From positions 1-64,000 of the forward strand of contig JAUFOQ010000006.1 in NCBI GenBank assembly GCA_040285855.1: 64,000 bases of DNA, read 5' to 3'. Shown here piece after piece: positions 40,231-54,857 of the stretch. Source of the stretch: Eukaryota sp. GEM-RC1. Its lineage: Eukaryota. A program made the position numbers and the translations under genes. The notes under the pieces were generated by a model that was not told the DNA's origin, made no database searches, and saw only the letters and a program-made list of their open reading frames with translations. Every line of letters begins with the position of its first letter. The first letter of the stretch is position 1.

Positions 40231-43200
40231 TCATTGCGAATGAATTATAGCCATTCGCGAACAATAGAAAACACAAACAAAAGCAGAAGCAATCTTTGAA
40301 AATCTGTGAGTAATACAGAAACACAATAAGAACAGAATCGTGATACAAATATGGAAAAGTGTTGAGTCAAGACATATTTCAAAACAAATAACTAGAGTAA
40401 CTGAAACGAACGAAAAGTTATTATACGGGTATACTTGACGAAATGCTCGATAAATACAGAGAGAAAACACCAGTAACCATAAAGTTAAACAAAGAAGAAA
40501 TTGCATTGAAAAGCTGTTAGTTAGGACATAATGTTGAAGGATCAGTATAGTCAACATAAAGGAATAAAAATTAATTGGATAAAACACGAATGAATCAACT
40601 GTTGACCAGACACCATTCCAATTAAATTTCAGTTGGTTCCAATTGCGACCTCTAACTATGATTAAAACAATGATCGTGGTAATAAATAACCAATGCATTA
40701 CTATATAAATGTACTGAGTATAAATATTAGGTGGGAAGAAATACAAAAGATAAGAGTAAAACAGGTCGAATGGCAGAACCACTGAGTTAAACAGTGTCAA
40801 GCAAATTGCCATTAAGACAATTAAAGGACAAAATACAGGCTTAAGTAACTGTTGGTGAAACATGACTTCCACAGGATCTTTAGAAAATTTAAAATTCCTA
40901 CGAGGTTGTCTGAATTTGGAAGCAATGAATTGATTCAGGATGTTGAGGTGTGACATGTATTGAAGAAACAATAAAATAAATAACATAAAAAACAAATTGA
41001 TGACAATTGAGTTCATATAATTCCCAACAGATGTCTCCAAACACGAGGAGAATCTTTTGGTATACCCTGGTTTACAACTCAAACAGAAATCATCAATGGT
41101 TGTAAAACCGGAAGAAAAACAAGAATTATTTTTACACAGATATTTAAGAGGACAACTTATAGTGATGTGCTTAGAAGTGTCAAACATCAGTCCGTCACGT
41201 ACCTTGATTATTGATCCGTATCGACAAACAGTGTTTTTAGGACAATTAACACAGGTATCGTGAATTTGATATAAGTGTCTGTCACAAACACAATTATTAG
41301 AAGAGGTAGATGAATTACTGTAAGTAACTCTATTTGGAGGACATGGTAAGCAAGAATCATGGTTGAGTGACTTGAAAGTTCCAGTTGGACAGGGCAAACA
41401 GTCGCCCAAGTTGAAGTAAAATCCAGCTGGACAGAAACACTGACTTTCATGGAGAACAAAAGGATAAAAACATGACACTGGGGGAATATCGACTGAAACT
41501 GATTGTGATTGTGACTGGAAAGTGACGTAGTTGGAAGTAGAAGAAGGATACAAGTAGAGATCAAGTTCATAATCATCGACAATGATGAACTGCATTTGAG
41601 GATCTGACGAAATGTCGACATCACGTGTTGAAAGACGGCGTGATTGATTGGTCAAAGGCAACACTTGGACTAGCTCAAGGGAGACATGAACCCGCAGGCA
41701 AGACTTGTGCTCAAGAAGATATTGACACCGAGTTGAACTCAGTATTGAACCAACAAAAAGTGTATTTCTAGGTTGAACCAGAGAGAGATTGAAAGAAGAA
41801 GAAAAATTAGTGTGTGTCAGAGTCGTGGTTAAAATAGCAGCTGTTGGTTGAAACAGCTCATTTTCAATTTTTAAAACACATTTGGAATCAGAACAACTAC
41901 TGAAATAGAAGAATATATTTGAAAGTGTATAAGGGTAAATTGGAGTTAATTGAATAATAACGTCATCTTGAGTCAAACGTGAACATGAAGTAAGGAAACC
42001 ACGCTCATCACGACATTGACACGTCACCAAGTGGACGAGCTTTAATTCCGAAACCAAATCATCACAGTAAATGTACTCAGGAGATCCTGAATAATAATTA
42101 AAATCAACAGATAAGTATGACTCAAAACAATCAACAGAAAAGAGATCAAATTTAAGAGAATGACGAGGTTCTGGGCGGACTATAGAATTGGCAATTGTAT
42201 TTAAAAGAATATCAAATGATGAATACAGTTTCTGGTTGTAGAAAAAAGCAGCGTCTATTGGCAAAAGTTCATTTACTGAATTTAAACCAACTGTAGAGTT
42301 CAACAATTGAGCACACTGAGTTAAAGGAAAGCCATAAACTTCAATTTCAGTTAAATTAATTCTGGTTGGGAACGATAGTTTTATAGATGAAGTCAGAATT
42401 GAATTTTGGAAAAAGTAAATCTGGCACTTTGATGCGGTAGAAAACCCGCTGGGAAAGGGGGAACACGTTACTGATTCAATCAAATCTGGTGATATAGAAA
42501 TCGAAAAAGGCGGTGTTGATTGTGTATCATGACAGTCACTCAGAAATGAAACAGACAGAGACCAGATGTCAGAAATTGAAGGAAGCTGGACAACAAGAGT
42601 GTCATGTGGGTCTACTCTGACAAAACAATCATAATCATCACAACAGCGGACTCCAGAGGACAGAATTGTTGAACTTCTTTCTTGAATTTTTAAAGAAGAG
42701 AACCGGTCTAATTCATGGAGATCAACAAAAGCGAATGGAATCAACGGTATACTGGAACCGAAACCATCAACAAAACAAATATCCGCAAATTGGGACTCAA
42801 CACGCACATCTGTTGTAATAAAATTTACAGAGTCATTGGCAACGAGCGAAACCTCAATAGATGATTGATAAATAGGCGAAATAGCATTTAAGCAAACAAC
42901 GGTAGATCGATCAGCTGAAAGGTGAATAACTTTTGCACTAAAAAGTTTGCCAACAATTGAACAAGTGAACTCGACATTAGGAAGGCGACAGTTCAAATTG
43001 ATCTCAATCATTCGAGAATCAATAACAGACAATGAAGAAGACGAAGTAACATAACAGTAGCAAAGAGTTAATGAATCGATCAGAATTTTGTTGTGAGCTC
43101 GGTGTTCCCAAAAAATATCGTATGAGAGTGGAATTGTTGGATAAATATCATCAGGAATTGTGACATAAGCAGTAGTTTCAGCAACTGAATAACTGAGAGA

Positions 43201-46200
43201 AATACTATGATTCAAAGTAAATGTTGAGTTCTCTGGCAGAACAGTCGTAAGTAAAGAAACAACATTAATAGAGGGATGAGCAAGGTTAATCAAATTAGAT
43301 GAGTTCAGTTTGATAATCGGATCTTCACGTATAACAAAGGATTCTGACTTTATCCACTTAACATCTTGAAATGAAATTTCTAAACTTAAATTTTTAATAC
43401 CTGGTTCAGAAGAGAAAAATTCAAAATGTATATAGTTTTCCACCGTCGTGAGTTCCAGGTCGTAATCTGGGGCCCATAACTGCAATGAATCACGATTAGA
43501 CCAAAGTGAAAGGTCTAGAGTTGTTGAAAATTTGAAATTAGCTCCAATAACTACTGGGATATTGAAAGAGAAATCAACAATTTCGACATCAAGGTGGGCA
43601 GAATTTAAGTTGTTTTGCAGTATTATGGAGCAAGAATTCTGGACGGAAAATATATGAAGTTCTTGCTTCAAAGGTTTTGACAGTGATCCGATTGTTAATA
43701 TTAAATTTTCTATTTTGTGGGTCAATAACACTGAAAATTTAGAAAAAGATGGAACGATTACGAGAAAAGACAAATAGTTGCCAACATCAAATGAAAATTC
43801 AGAGAATGTGTGGACAAGACTGGAAGAGATTACCAACAAATAACAACCAATTTTGGAAACAGAAACTTTGAGATTAAGATAAGTAGAATGAACTGACAGT
43901 TCCACGATCACACTTTCATTGAATAAAAAGAATTTAACCATTGGTCTTCTGAAAACATGTCAAAATGTTGGCCAAATACTTGTAATTCTAGAAATGTTGG
44001 ATTATCAAAATATTGGAAGTATTTTGGGGAAATTTCAGAAATTTGGATAATGAATGGAGCATTTGAAACAGAAAGTTGGATATTCAAAGACTGATGAATC
44101 AAATAAAACAATGGTATGTGATTAGTCGAATTTGGTATGAAAGAAAGGGAAATATTATAGGAAGAAATGACTTGATGTTGAACAATAGTTACTTCATCAC
44201 TATGCACTAGATACAAACTCAAATTCAAATGAGCTTCAGAAGGAGAAAGATTCAGGGTGCATATGAAGTTTGTGAAGCAAATATAATTAATGGGTTGCGC
44301 AATAACATCAGCAATAGGTAGTGAGAAGGTTCTAGACAATTCAGAATGTTGAAGAAATGACACCGTGAAAACGAAATTATTATTATTGTTCAAAGAAACG
44401 TATGGAACAAAAATATCAAAAATATCTGAACCAACACTCGAAACATTTAGAAAATCTGGAGCGGAAACAGAAAAATCTGGTAAACAATGAAGGCGGGAAA
44501 GCTGAGTCAACAGAGGATATTGAACATAAAAGCGTCCATTGATTCCAGCAACATAATTGGGAAAAATGGAGAGAGTGGGAAAACTTAACGATAATGATTG
44601 CCAGGTTGATTGCTGATTGCCTGCCACAACAGCAAACTCGACATGAGGAGAAGAAGTACAAATTTGGTAGACTTGCAACACCATTAAGTTGTCATACTGG
44701 TCTAGTACTGAATAGGAAATATTACCGTACAAAAAGGAAATCTCTAGTTTGATCAATCCAAAGTTGTAACCAAATATCGACAAAATGCCTGCAAAAGCAA
44801 ACGACTCGGGTTCAAAGCCAGTTACTTCTGGCTTATCATAACAAAGAAGACCACTGGAAACTTGTGTATTTTCATACATCAAAGACAGATTGTGACAACC
44901 AAAGTACGGAAATATGTCAAAAGATATACGGGAATCAGAATCAGGAGAAATTAATTCGGAAAATTGAATGGATTCGATCAAAATTTCTAAATTAAACACA
45001 GCGAAATGTTCACCTTCAATTTCTACTCTACCTCCCAAAGGCCGAGGACTTGAGATTGAGTCAATTAATGGTGTACACACTGGAATAATGATTGACGCAA
45101 AGAAGAATTCCAATTGCATGTCAAAAATTTGAATAACCAATTCAGGAAACTGATTGTTACTAAAGCAAAGAACTAGAGAACCATCAATCCTGCTCCAATT
45201 CTTAATAGAACCACCACTAGACTGAAACTCAAAATTTAAAACAGATTGATTAAAGTGACGGTCAATCAGGTAGAAAGTACATTCCAATGGCGCACAACAT
45301 CTCAAACCATTGGAAAATTCGAAACTTACATCAATATCATCAGTAATATAGAAGATATCATGAAACTCTGTTGATCCTTCAAGTTCGGTGTATGATTGAA
45401 GAATGATGGGAAACCCTGTATCAAAAATGATATTTGACCCTTGGTTAGAAACACTTTTCGAGAAAACTATAGGAGAATAGAGATCCAGGAACTGAAGAAA
45501 TCCCCCCTGAGAATGTAGTATCAATCAGTTCTAAAGAGGTCAAATTTGAAAAGATGATTGATCCTGAGTAAACAAGTAAAGATTCAATCACAACATTCTT
45601 GGAGTTGACAACGGATACTTCACCACCCATTACTAAAATTGAGGAGATTGACCAAAGATTAAGATCTTGTTCAAAGAATAAACAGCCATGGCTCACACTA
45701 ATATGGGAGATATTAAAAAAGGCAGATTTAGAAAAATAAAAAGACCCTTTGGACGTAAGTAGTAGACTGTCCATTCTCCAGGTTCCCATGACTCTGAGTG
45801 TCTCATTTGGCATGAAGAAAGAGTTGGAATCACCATCTACAACAGAACTAGCTGTAAAGTAAACATTATCATTGAAAATCAACGTGGAATTGAAAAGGGA
45901 AACTCTGTTAGAGAAACTAACAACGCCACTGAAACTTACAATAGAGTTGATAAAAATGATTGGAGTATCAAACGAACAATCACAATAGAAATATAACAGA
46001 GAATCATTGAGGTAATGGATGATATCGTTGGAATTAAAAATTACAAGACTCGTGCCCCAAGTTGTTTGAAACTTGAATTTTGAAGGAAACTTTACCGTTC
46101 CCTCAAAGACAAGAGTTGATGATTGTAAGTAAACAACTGTCGTGTCCATTTCTAACACACCTTTAGATATAAGAGTTCCGTTGTAAAACAAACAGTTATC

Positions 46201-48813
46201 TTTGATGATGCCACGGGATGTAACAGTTACATTAGATTCGAATAAACAAAAGGATGAGTTTGAAATAGTGAATAGATCCATCCAAATTCTTGATTGATAA
46301 ACAATTAAGTTTGATGTGTCAATGTTGAAATTTGATACCAAAATTTCAGAATCCTGGAAAGTTATGGAGTTTTCTTCAAAAACATTTGATGAAGAAACTA
46401 GAGCAGAAATACTAAGTAAGATACTGTTGAAAAAAAGCTGACCCGTGTTAAATATTGATTGGACGTAAGATTGGGGAGAATTTGATTGGCCAAACCAGTT
46501 CTTTGTAAGTTCATGGTTTGATTGAAATGAGAGGTATCCATGATTGAAAAAGGGGATGCGTACTTGGAGATTCTGATCGACTCGGTTGAAAGACGCCACG
46601 TATGGATTCATTAACACAGCATCCTCAGACACGGCATACATACGAAAACTATTGTGAAACTCGATAATTCCAGATAATAAAATGTTACACCTCGATACAC
46701 ACTCGACGTCTAAATATTCTATAAGAGTATCATGCAGAGTCAGAATAGAGTCATTGGCAACATAGAGAGGATGGTATATGTCATCATTCGATTGAAAATT
46801 GATTGATTGAAGACTGACGTTTCCTGTAACAGTTCCATCTACCACCGTCAGATTAAGTATACATGTCAAACAGTTCAGATGGCCACCTATTAACGTAACA
46901 TCAATGAGATCGGCATAAGAGCCTATTTCAATTAGACCAGCAACTTCAAGAGAAGAAGAGAAGAATTTATTCCATGTGTTTTCTTGAATGGGAAAAATGA
47001 CGTGACCTGAACCAGAAACTTCAAGGACAGTAGAAAAAAATGAAATTGATGGAGAAAACATACTATAGCAGGAGATGATGACTCGCATATTTGAAAAATC
47101 CATGGACCCTTCTATCATTAGTTTTTCTTTAATTTCCAAAGCACCGCCACGAATTTCACCACTTAAAATACCGACATCAGCAGTTATTCCGTTGTTACGG
47201 ACTTTAAGAACTTTGTTGTTTAAATACAATTGAGAAATTGTCATGGGAATAACGAGAAAAAAATCAACATTATTAAGGATGAAAAAGCTTGTTGTTGAAG
47301 CGTTATTAACAGTATAGAAGCTGACACTGCTTGTTGTTTGCCATTGGCCTTCAGTTTTTACAGTGCAATTGCCCAAACAAATGACGTTAAATTCTTGAGC
47401 GGGTTTAACCAACCACGTAATCGAAGTATTCTCTTCAAGCAGGAGAGGAGACCCAGAACCACTGTCGGTGGGCAACTCCAGTATAATTAATGACCCACTC
47501 AAAACTCCATTGGTATCTATGAATGCTAAGGGACAACCATTCACACATTCTACGATTCCTCCATCAAGATCCACCTTTACATGATTTACACCATTGTAAA
47601 CCAAGCTCAGGAGTAATTTACCCTTAACAAGTAGACGAGTACTGTGAAAATTAAAAAATGCGAGTTCTTCACAGGTAACAGTGACATCAGTTGCAATTTC
47701 AACCACAACATTGCCGTGAAAAACCAGTGGTAAGTTGTATGGAACTTGATTTTGTTCTATTAACAATGATTCTGAAATTGAAAGATCGTGAGAATCAGAT
47801 ACATAAAGAACACCTTCACTACCAAGAATAAGATTGTTAACAACAGTCTGCTGATTTCCTACATCGAATAGCCCTTTAACAAGGTGGACTGTCTTTAGAT
47901 AAGCTATCTGACTCAGCATAAAGGAAATCCTAAGAGATCCTGTAGTATTCAGAAAAACAGTGGCCTCTGGGGCAGTAAGAGTTTGTGGATCTAATGAGAG
48001 GGACGCTGATTCTTCTAAATAAATTAAATATGGAGGTGAATGGGCGGGATAAGTGTAACTTACGCCTTGTTTGAGAAATACTTCGCCACTTCCAGAGAAT
48101 TGATAAACACAATTTGTATGAAGCGCAGTAGAAAAATTAAAGGAAGTTATAGCTAAAATAAAGTGACAAGAAAAGTCCAATGATTCCAATGTTAGACTAT
48201 GTGTCATTAAATTCCAAAATTTGTTCAGTACCAAGGATCCACCAGTGAAATCTATGGTGACGTCATCCTTAAGTGTGAGGAGAGAAGGATTGAAGGTGGA
48301 AAATAGGGTAAGATTGTGAAGTAATCTGACTTCGCCTTTGACAGTGATGGGGAAAGAGATGTTGAGCAGGGCATCCACAAGAAGAGTAATTGAGTTGGAT
48401 TCAAGCAGCGGTTGTAGAGTGAGAGACATGCTGGCCAAGTTGTAGATGAACCTAAAAGGATCATCAGATGATGAGGGGCCTATGGTGATAGGTGTATTAA
48501 GAATATCATTGTGGAAGGACACAATAGAATCAGACTGACACTGTTCCAGAGAATTCAAAACAGTAAAAGAAGGTGTAGTTATAACGACATCATGAGACGC
48601 AATGATGACGTGGCGGAATTGGGTTTCACAAGGATCAATGTCAGGGCAAAGAGATAGAGCGAATGTAGTTTCGGGTATAAACAATATCTTACTATCACTA
48701 TCGTGACAGAAATCTTTACTACATGAAGAGGAACAACTCATATCTGCAACAACAACATGATTGATGAGAAGCACAAAAACGATTGAAGTAATCATTGGTA
48801 ATTGACGCATCAT
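40231..48813 (-). CDS. Giant (~2850 aa) predicted cell-surface protein: signal peptide, beta-strand-rich extracellular region, IPT/TIG-like segments, Cys-rich GCC2/GCC3-like repeats, multi-pass TM C-terminus; two 1-bp frameshifts
   Basis: ORFs 45445-48813, 43908-45524 and 40231-43941 overlap, and the paralogue 58321-63042 reads through both junctions in one frame. CFCPAGFYFNLGDCLPCPTGTFK motifs; about 7 hydrophobic helices at the end. Confidence 0.85.
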
Positions 48814-48861
48814 ATCGGCACGATTTCTCTCCCAAGTGGGATTGTATAAAGAGAAAAAAAA

Positions 48862-50280
48862 ACGGGGTTTATGATCAGTCAGTGAAATAAATGCATTTGC
48901 AGAAGTTAATAACTAACAGACACTAACTAAAGTATCTAAACTATGATCCTTCTGTCCATCACCGAACAACTTACATAAAATTGAATTAAAATATCTGTGC
49001 ATTGAACGAAACAACGCAAACGTTAACTTACTCAACCAAAAATTTTCATTGAAAGCTTTACCATACTCAGAACACAATTTACCAAAGGAAGTTAAAAAAC
49101 CTTGTGCAGCTGGTCCAATATTACCGTATATCGACATCGCAAAAGGTTGAAACACAAAAGAATTGTACCTGTCAACATTCAATTGGTTAATTAAGTGACA
49201 GTACTTTGAATTTTTTCCTTTTCAGCCACTTCAAGAGCAGAAAAATCATCATCAAAAATTTTGGAAATTGATCTTGAATTACAAGGATCAACAGTCGTGA
49301 AATCCATAATAATTTCCTGACAAGATAACCAAGGACCAATCAAATCACCACGACTTCTATCAACTTTTGGCTGATCAGGAAAGATTAGCAAGTAAAGGTT
49401 CAATTTTTCCATGAAAACCATTAGCCTTAAACATATCTAAACATGTATCCCGGATACTGTTATGGATTATTGATCGAAAATGAATAAATTGATGGCAGTT
49501 AACTAAATGATGAAAATTTGAAGCCTTTGAACGACCACAAAGACATGGAGAATGCTTCAAAAGACCTGAAGGCCATAAACCTAACCTAAGTCTCATGTTA
49601 ATAAGCCATTCATGGTCCTTAAGATTAAAACAAAATTTTCTTGGCAAACGAGAAACAAATGAAGACGCAGCGCTTGAAGAAATATCATTCAAAAATGCAC
49701 AAAAAGCGGGACTCTTAGTCTTAGCCAAGCTAATACGGTTTTTAAAGTCCAAGCTTTCGTGAAACAAAACAAACTTCTTCTGTAACTTGCGAACACACAA
49801 AGGCAAAGAGAAAATGCTTCTCTGCTGAATTTCTGTTACCCCAACAGGAAATAACTCTGACCACAAATTGGAGTCAAGGCTATCAATTATATTTTGAAGA
49901 CTAATTAACCATGCACAAGGTGAGTGAAGTAAAAAATCTTTCGTTTTCCATAACACAGGATAACGATTCTGAAACTCAAACAAAAAATTCTTTAAAGACC
50001 CCAAAAAGGCACCATCACGCATGTACTTAGCTTTCGTGAAACCAATACCACCAAAAGAAGTAGAAGTGAAACAATGAGAAGGAAGTGAAGAGTCTTTGTT
50101 ACCAACCAGATAACTAACAAAATTTGTGCGCAATGAATTAAAATTACGGGATAATTCGAGAGTTAGTTCAGGCGGTAAACCACGTAAAAAGTGATTAATT
50201 TTACCACCAAAACAAACTTGCAGCATAGCAAAAGAAACTTGTTTGCCTACATCTAGATCAACGATTTGGTTAAGAGAAAA
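48862..50280 (-). mobile_element. 5'-truncated CRE/SLACS-like non-LTR retrotransposon (post-RT region, zinc knuckle, RLE)
   Basis: ORFs 49375-50226, 49191-49421 and 48913-49182 are homologous to 14213-15779 (MLQVCFxGKINHFLR, CLCG...HLVNC, RGDL...DFTTVD, FQPFA). Confidence 0.9.
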
Positions 50281-50423
50281 TGTAAACGAGTGTGAGTGTG
50301 ATTGTTGTTAACAAACTACATTGTACTACTAGTAGTAGTGTGCCGATATCTAGATATGAAACTGAAGGAATACTTTATTAGGTCAAATATACGGACTATA
50401 ACTACTGGTGACGTGTCATAGTG

Positions 50424-53400
50424 TCATTCTGACACTACATTACCCCTTTGAGGAGTATGATTTCTTACCTTTCCTCTCTTCCTTGGATTACAGTACTGTA
50501 GTAGCTTTTCGTTAATTCTATAACCATCTCTAAGAGATTCGAGTGGTTGCCAGATGGATGGACCTTGTACAAATTTGACAAGAAATAAATGTTCTTTCTC
50601 ATTGATGTGGTGATCGAGTACATCTTCTACAACAAATTCATCCATGTCTAGAGCTGCTAGTCTTTTAGCGTTGTCATTGAGGATATTTGGAGTGAAAGGG
50701 ATGAGGTGGTACTGAGATACAACATAAGAGCTTTCATTAACAATGCTCTTGATTCTATAGCCATTCGAGCCAAGAATCTCTGAAACAACAAAAGGACCTG
50801 TAGGTTTCAAGAATTTGTTTTTGCCCAAGTCTTTCCTTAGGACAAGATCGCCTACTTTGAAGAGAGGAGTGCTTGGGTTACGAGATTCAACCAGGGAAGA
50901 TTGTGTGAGGTTAGCTTTGTTCCAGAGTTCGTTGAGAGTTGTTTCTAGTTCCAATAGATATCTAGTTGCCTTGGTTCGATTGTCAAGTTTGACATCACTT
51001 GCAGGTTAGGAGATAATGTGTTCAATGACGTTTCTCCTAGGCAATGTGTTGGTTCCAAAGAGTAGAGTGAATGGAGAGAATCCTGTTGAGCTACAGGGAA
51101 TCGAGTTTATAATGAGCTGGATAATTGGTATAAGCTTCGACCAATTCTTCCTTTCATTCAGCTCTGCGGTGTATTTGTTTAGGGTTGAACGAATCTCTTT
51201 GTTCCTTCGTTCTGCTAGCCCATTTGACTCATGGTGGTGTGGATACGAAAACATATGTTTGACATTCAGTCTTTTGAGAACTGCAGATAAGACAGTATTG
51301 TCGAATTCGGAACCTCCATCTGATCTAATTGACTCAGGGAGTCCAAAGAAGCAGAAGACGTCTGTAAATATAGAATCAGCAACTATAACGAGCGAAACCT
51401 CAATAGATGATTGATAAATAGGCGAAATAGCATTTAAGCAAACAACGGTAGATCGATCAGCTGAAAGGTGAATAACTTTTGCACTAAAAAGTTTGCCAAC
51501 AATTGAACAAGTGAACTCGACATTAGGAAGGCGACAGTTCAAATTGATCTCAATCATTCGAGAATCAATAACAGACAATGAAGAAGACGAAGTAACATAA
51601 CAGTAGCAAAGAGTTAATGAATCGATCAGAATTTTGTTGTGAGCTCGGTGTTCCCAAAAAATATCGTATGAGAGTGGAATTGTTGGATAAATATCATCAG
51701 GAATTGTGACATAAGCAGTAGTTTCAGCAACTGAATAACTGAGAGAAATACTATGATTCAAAGTAAATGTTGAGTTCTCTGGCAGAACAGTCGTAAGTAA
51801 AGAAACAACATTAATAGAGGGATGAGCAAGGTTAATCAAATTAGATGAGTTCAGTTTGATAATCGGATCTTCACGTATAACAAAGGATTCTGACTTTATC
51901 CACTTAACATCTTGAAATGAAATTTCTAAACTTAAATTTTTAATACCTGGTTCAGAAGAGAAAAATTCAAAATGTATATAGTTTTCCACCGTCGTGAGTT
52001 CCAGGTCGTAATCTGGGGCCCATAACTGCACTGAATCACGATTAGACCAAAGTGAAAGGTCTAGAGTTGTTGAAAATTTGAAATTAGCTCCAATAACTAC
52101 TGGGATATTGAAAGAGAAATCAACAATTTCGACATCAATTTCGTTTCTCCTAGGCAATGTGTTGGTTCCAAAGAGTAGAGTGAATGGAGAGAATCCTGTT
52201 GAGCTACAGGGAATCGAGTTTATAATGAGCTGGATAATTGGTATAAGCTTCGACCAATTCTTCCTTTCATTCAGCTCTGCGGTGTATTTGTTTAGGGTTG
52301 AACGAATCTCTTTGTTCCTTCGTTCTGCTAGCCCATTTGACTCATGGTGGTGTGGATACGAAAACATATGTTTGACATTCAGTCTTTTGAGAACTGCAGA
52401 TAAGACAGTATTGTCGAATTCGGAACCTCCATCTGATCTAATTGACTCAGGGAGTCCAAAGAAGCAGAAGACGTCTGTAAATATAGAATCAGCAACGGTT
52501 TCAGCACGAATGTCTGTCGTAGGGCATAAGATTGAGAATCTGGTAAAAGCATCGGTAATAGCAAGAATATATTTGTTCCCTAATGCATCTTGTTGTAGAG
52601 GACCAATCATATCGACGTGAACGGACTGGAAGGGTAAGTTTGAGAATAATTTACCGGTTGAAGAGACGTTGTTAAAAGAAAGTTCTTGGAATTTCTGACA
52701 GATTCCACAGTTGGAAAGGACGGTTGATATGTCTTCTTTGAATAAAGTGGGATTTAGGTTCCAAAGTTTTAGTCTAGATAATAGTCGGATTTTGCTTAAG
52801 TGTCCATTTTCACGGTGAATTGTGTCGATGAATTCAAAACGGCTTTCTTTATCGGAGATCAGATTTTGGAGATCGAAATTACGGAAGATCTCATTGTCGG
52901 CGGGTGTGAGACAAGTTAAGACATTTGTTTCTTCCTGTGAAAGTCGAGACAGGAGATCCGCCCATTGGTTATCTTTTCCTTTGATATGATGGATAGAGAA
53001 TTCATATTCGCTGAGAATCGGTTTCCATCTGGTGAAAAGTGGAATGTTTTCACTGTTGTTCAACAGAAAGAGAATATTTCGGTGATCAGTGTGTAGTTCA
53101 AAATGTCTACCCAATAGAAGTTCTCGGTTGGGTTGGTAGGTTAACGTTGCAACAATAGCATAGAGTTCCTGTTTAATAGTCGGCCAGGATTGTTGACATT
53201 TAGTCAGTTTTCTGGAGAAGAAGGCAACAGGTTTCAAAGAGCGTTCTGAAAGTGGTTTGTTCGGTTGATAAGGCAGAGTTTCTATAAAGATTGTAGCACC
53301 TATGGCTTTAGATGATGCATCAGTTGTTACAATAAGTCGGGAGTCTGGGCCTGGTAAAGTAAGTGGTACAATGTTTGCAACTTTAGCTTTGATTTCGTTA

Positions 53401-54857
53401 AAACAGTCTTCGTGTTCCGATGATGGTTCAAATCTGTCCTGATTGATCAGTTCATCGAGTTTCGCTCTAGATTCGCTTAGATTTGGGATGAAATCTCGAA
53501 GAAAGTTTACACAGCCAAGAAAGGAGCGAAGTTCAGTTGAAGTTTTGGGAAAAGGGAGTTCGGTTAAAGCAGACGTCTTGTTGGGGTCGGGAAGTCGTTG
53601 ACCGTTACAGAAGATTGTTCCAACGATGCGAATTGGAAACTTGTTGGTGGTGATAATGCTTTTCTGAGGAGAAAGCCGAATGTTATGTTCTCTACATGTG
53701 GACAAAATCCAAACAAGATTGTTTCGGAAGTTTTCGTAAGTTGTTTCGAACTCAGTCAGATCATCAATATAGATCCAAGTGTGGTGGCTATCAAGGATAT
53801 TGGAAATTTGTTTCTGGAAATGACCTGGAATATTAGCAAAGCCGAAGGGAGCTCTGAGATATTCTATTTTTCTACCCGGTATAGCTATGGCGGTCTTCGG
53901 GATGTCTCGTTCTAGAACCGGAATTTGATGGAAGGCGCGAGGAAGGTCAAAACATGCAATAAAGTTCGCTCTAGATAGTATTTCGTGAATTTCTGACAGT
54001 TTAGGTATGTCAGGAATACCAGTGACCAGAATTTCGTTGATTTTTGAGTAGTCTCCTGTGAGAGGGGGTTCCTTTCCAGATTTTTCAACGAGTACCACCG
54101 GAGAAGAGTAGGGAGAAGTTGATGGTCGGGCTAGGCCTTCTTCAATAAGGGAGTCAAAAATCGCATTTGCAAGTTTGAGTTTCCGAGGAGGTAATGGTCT
54201 AGGAGATGAAGAAATGATCTTCTCGAATTTGAGGGGAAGGGCTAGAGGTTCGCATTTTATACCTTCAGGTGGCATTTTTGGGTCAAAGACGTCACTGAAT
54301 TCCTCAAGTAATCCTCGAAGGTCTTCTTGTTGGTCCTCTGAAAACCCTTGAATGGTGATACCATTTGTTGACTTGGAAGCCTGATCTGTCTGAAGAACTG
54401 TTGGATATAGTTCTTCCACAGGATCATCATCAGTATCAAGTTTTTGATTAGGTTGGAAGTGGAAAGATGTGTCAGTAAGACAACCAATCTTTCTCAGGTA
54501 ATCACAACCGAGGATAATTTTGTTTTGCTCCGAGATAATAAACAAGTCTTGCTTTACCACACTGGGCTTGGAATCGATTAAGTCGATTTCAATAGGAATG
54601 TCTTTGGCGACCCTTTGTGTATTGGTGCATCCAGAAATCGTTCTTAGTTCAAGGCAATTATCCAATCGAGTTGAGGTAAGATTTAGAGAGTGCTGGATAT
54701 TTTCGGACAATAGAGAGATGCTCGAGCCTGTATCGATGATTGCTTCTAATTTCTTATTGTTGATGGTGACTGGGCATTGAAGTGGTTTTGTTTCGTTTGA
54801 CGATATTTGGAACACATCTTTATGTTTGGATCGAGGAGGTGGGGGTTGTTGGGACAA
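50424..54857 (-). CDS. pol: Pol: aspartic protease, RT, RNase H, integrase (with internal duplication and host insert), GPF motif, chromodomain; in-frame TAA at 51006-51008
   Basis: IIDTGS; FDLPRAFHQI, APFGF, IYIDD; TTDAS, QELYA, HTDH; H..GH...C..C, VHVD, SDGGSEF, GLAER; TGPFVV; EFVVEDVLDH...FLVKF...WQPLESL. ORF 50424-50954 is in frame with 51006-54857. Confidence 0.95.

Noticed and set aside
51016..54780. Plus-strand ORFs inside the Gypsy pol, and similar antisense ORFs in the tandem LTR element and large genes
   Set aside because: Antisense shadows of real coding frames with no independent motifs.
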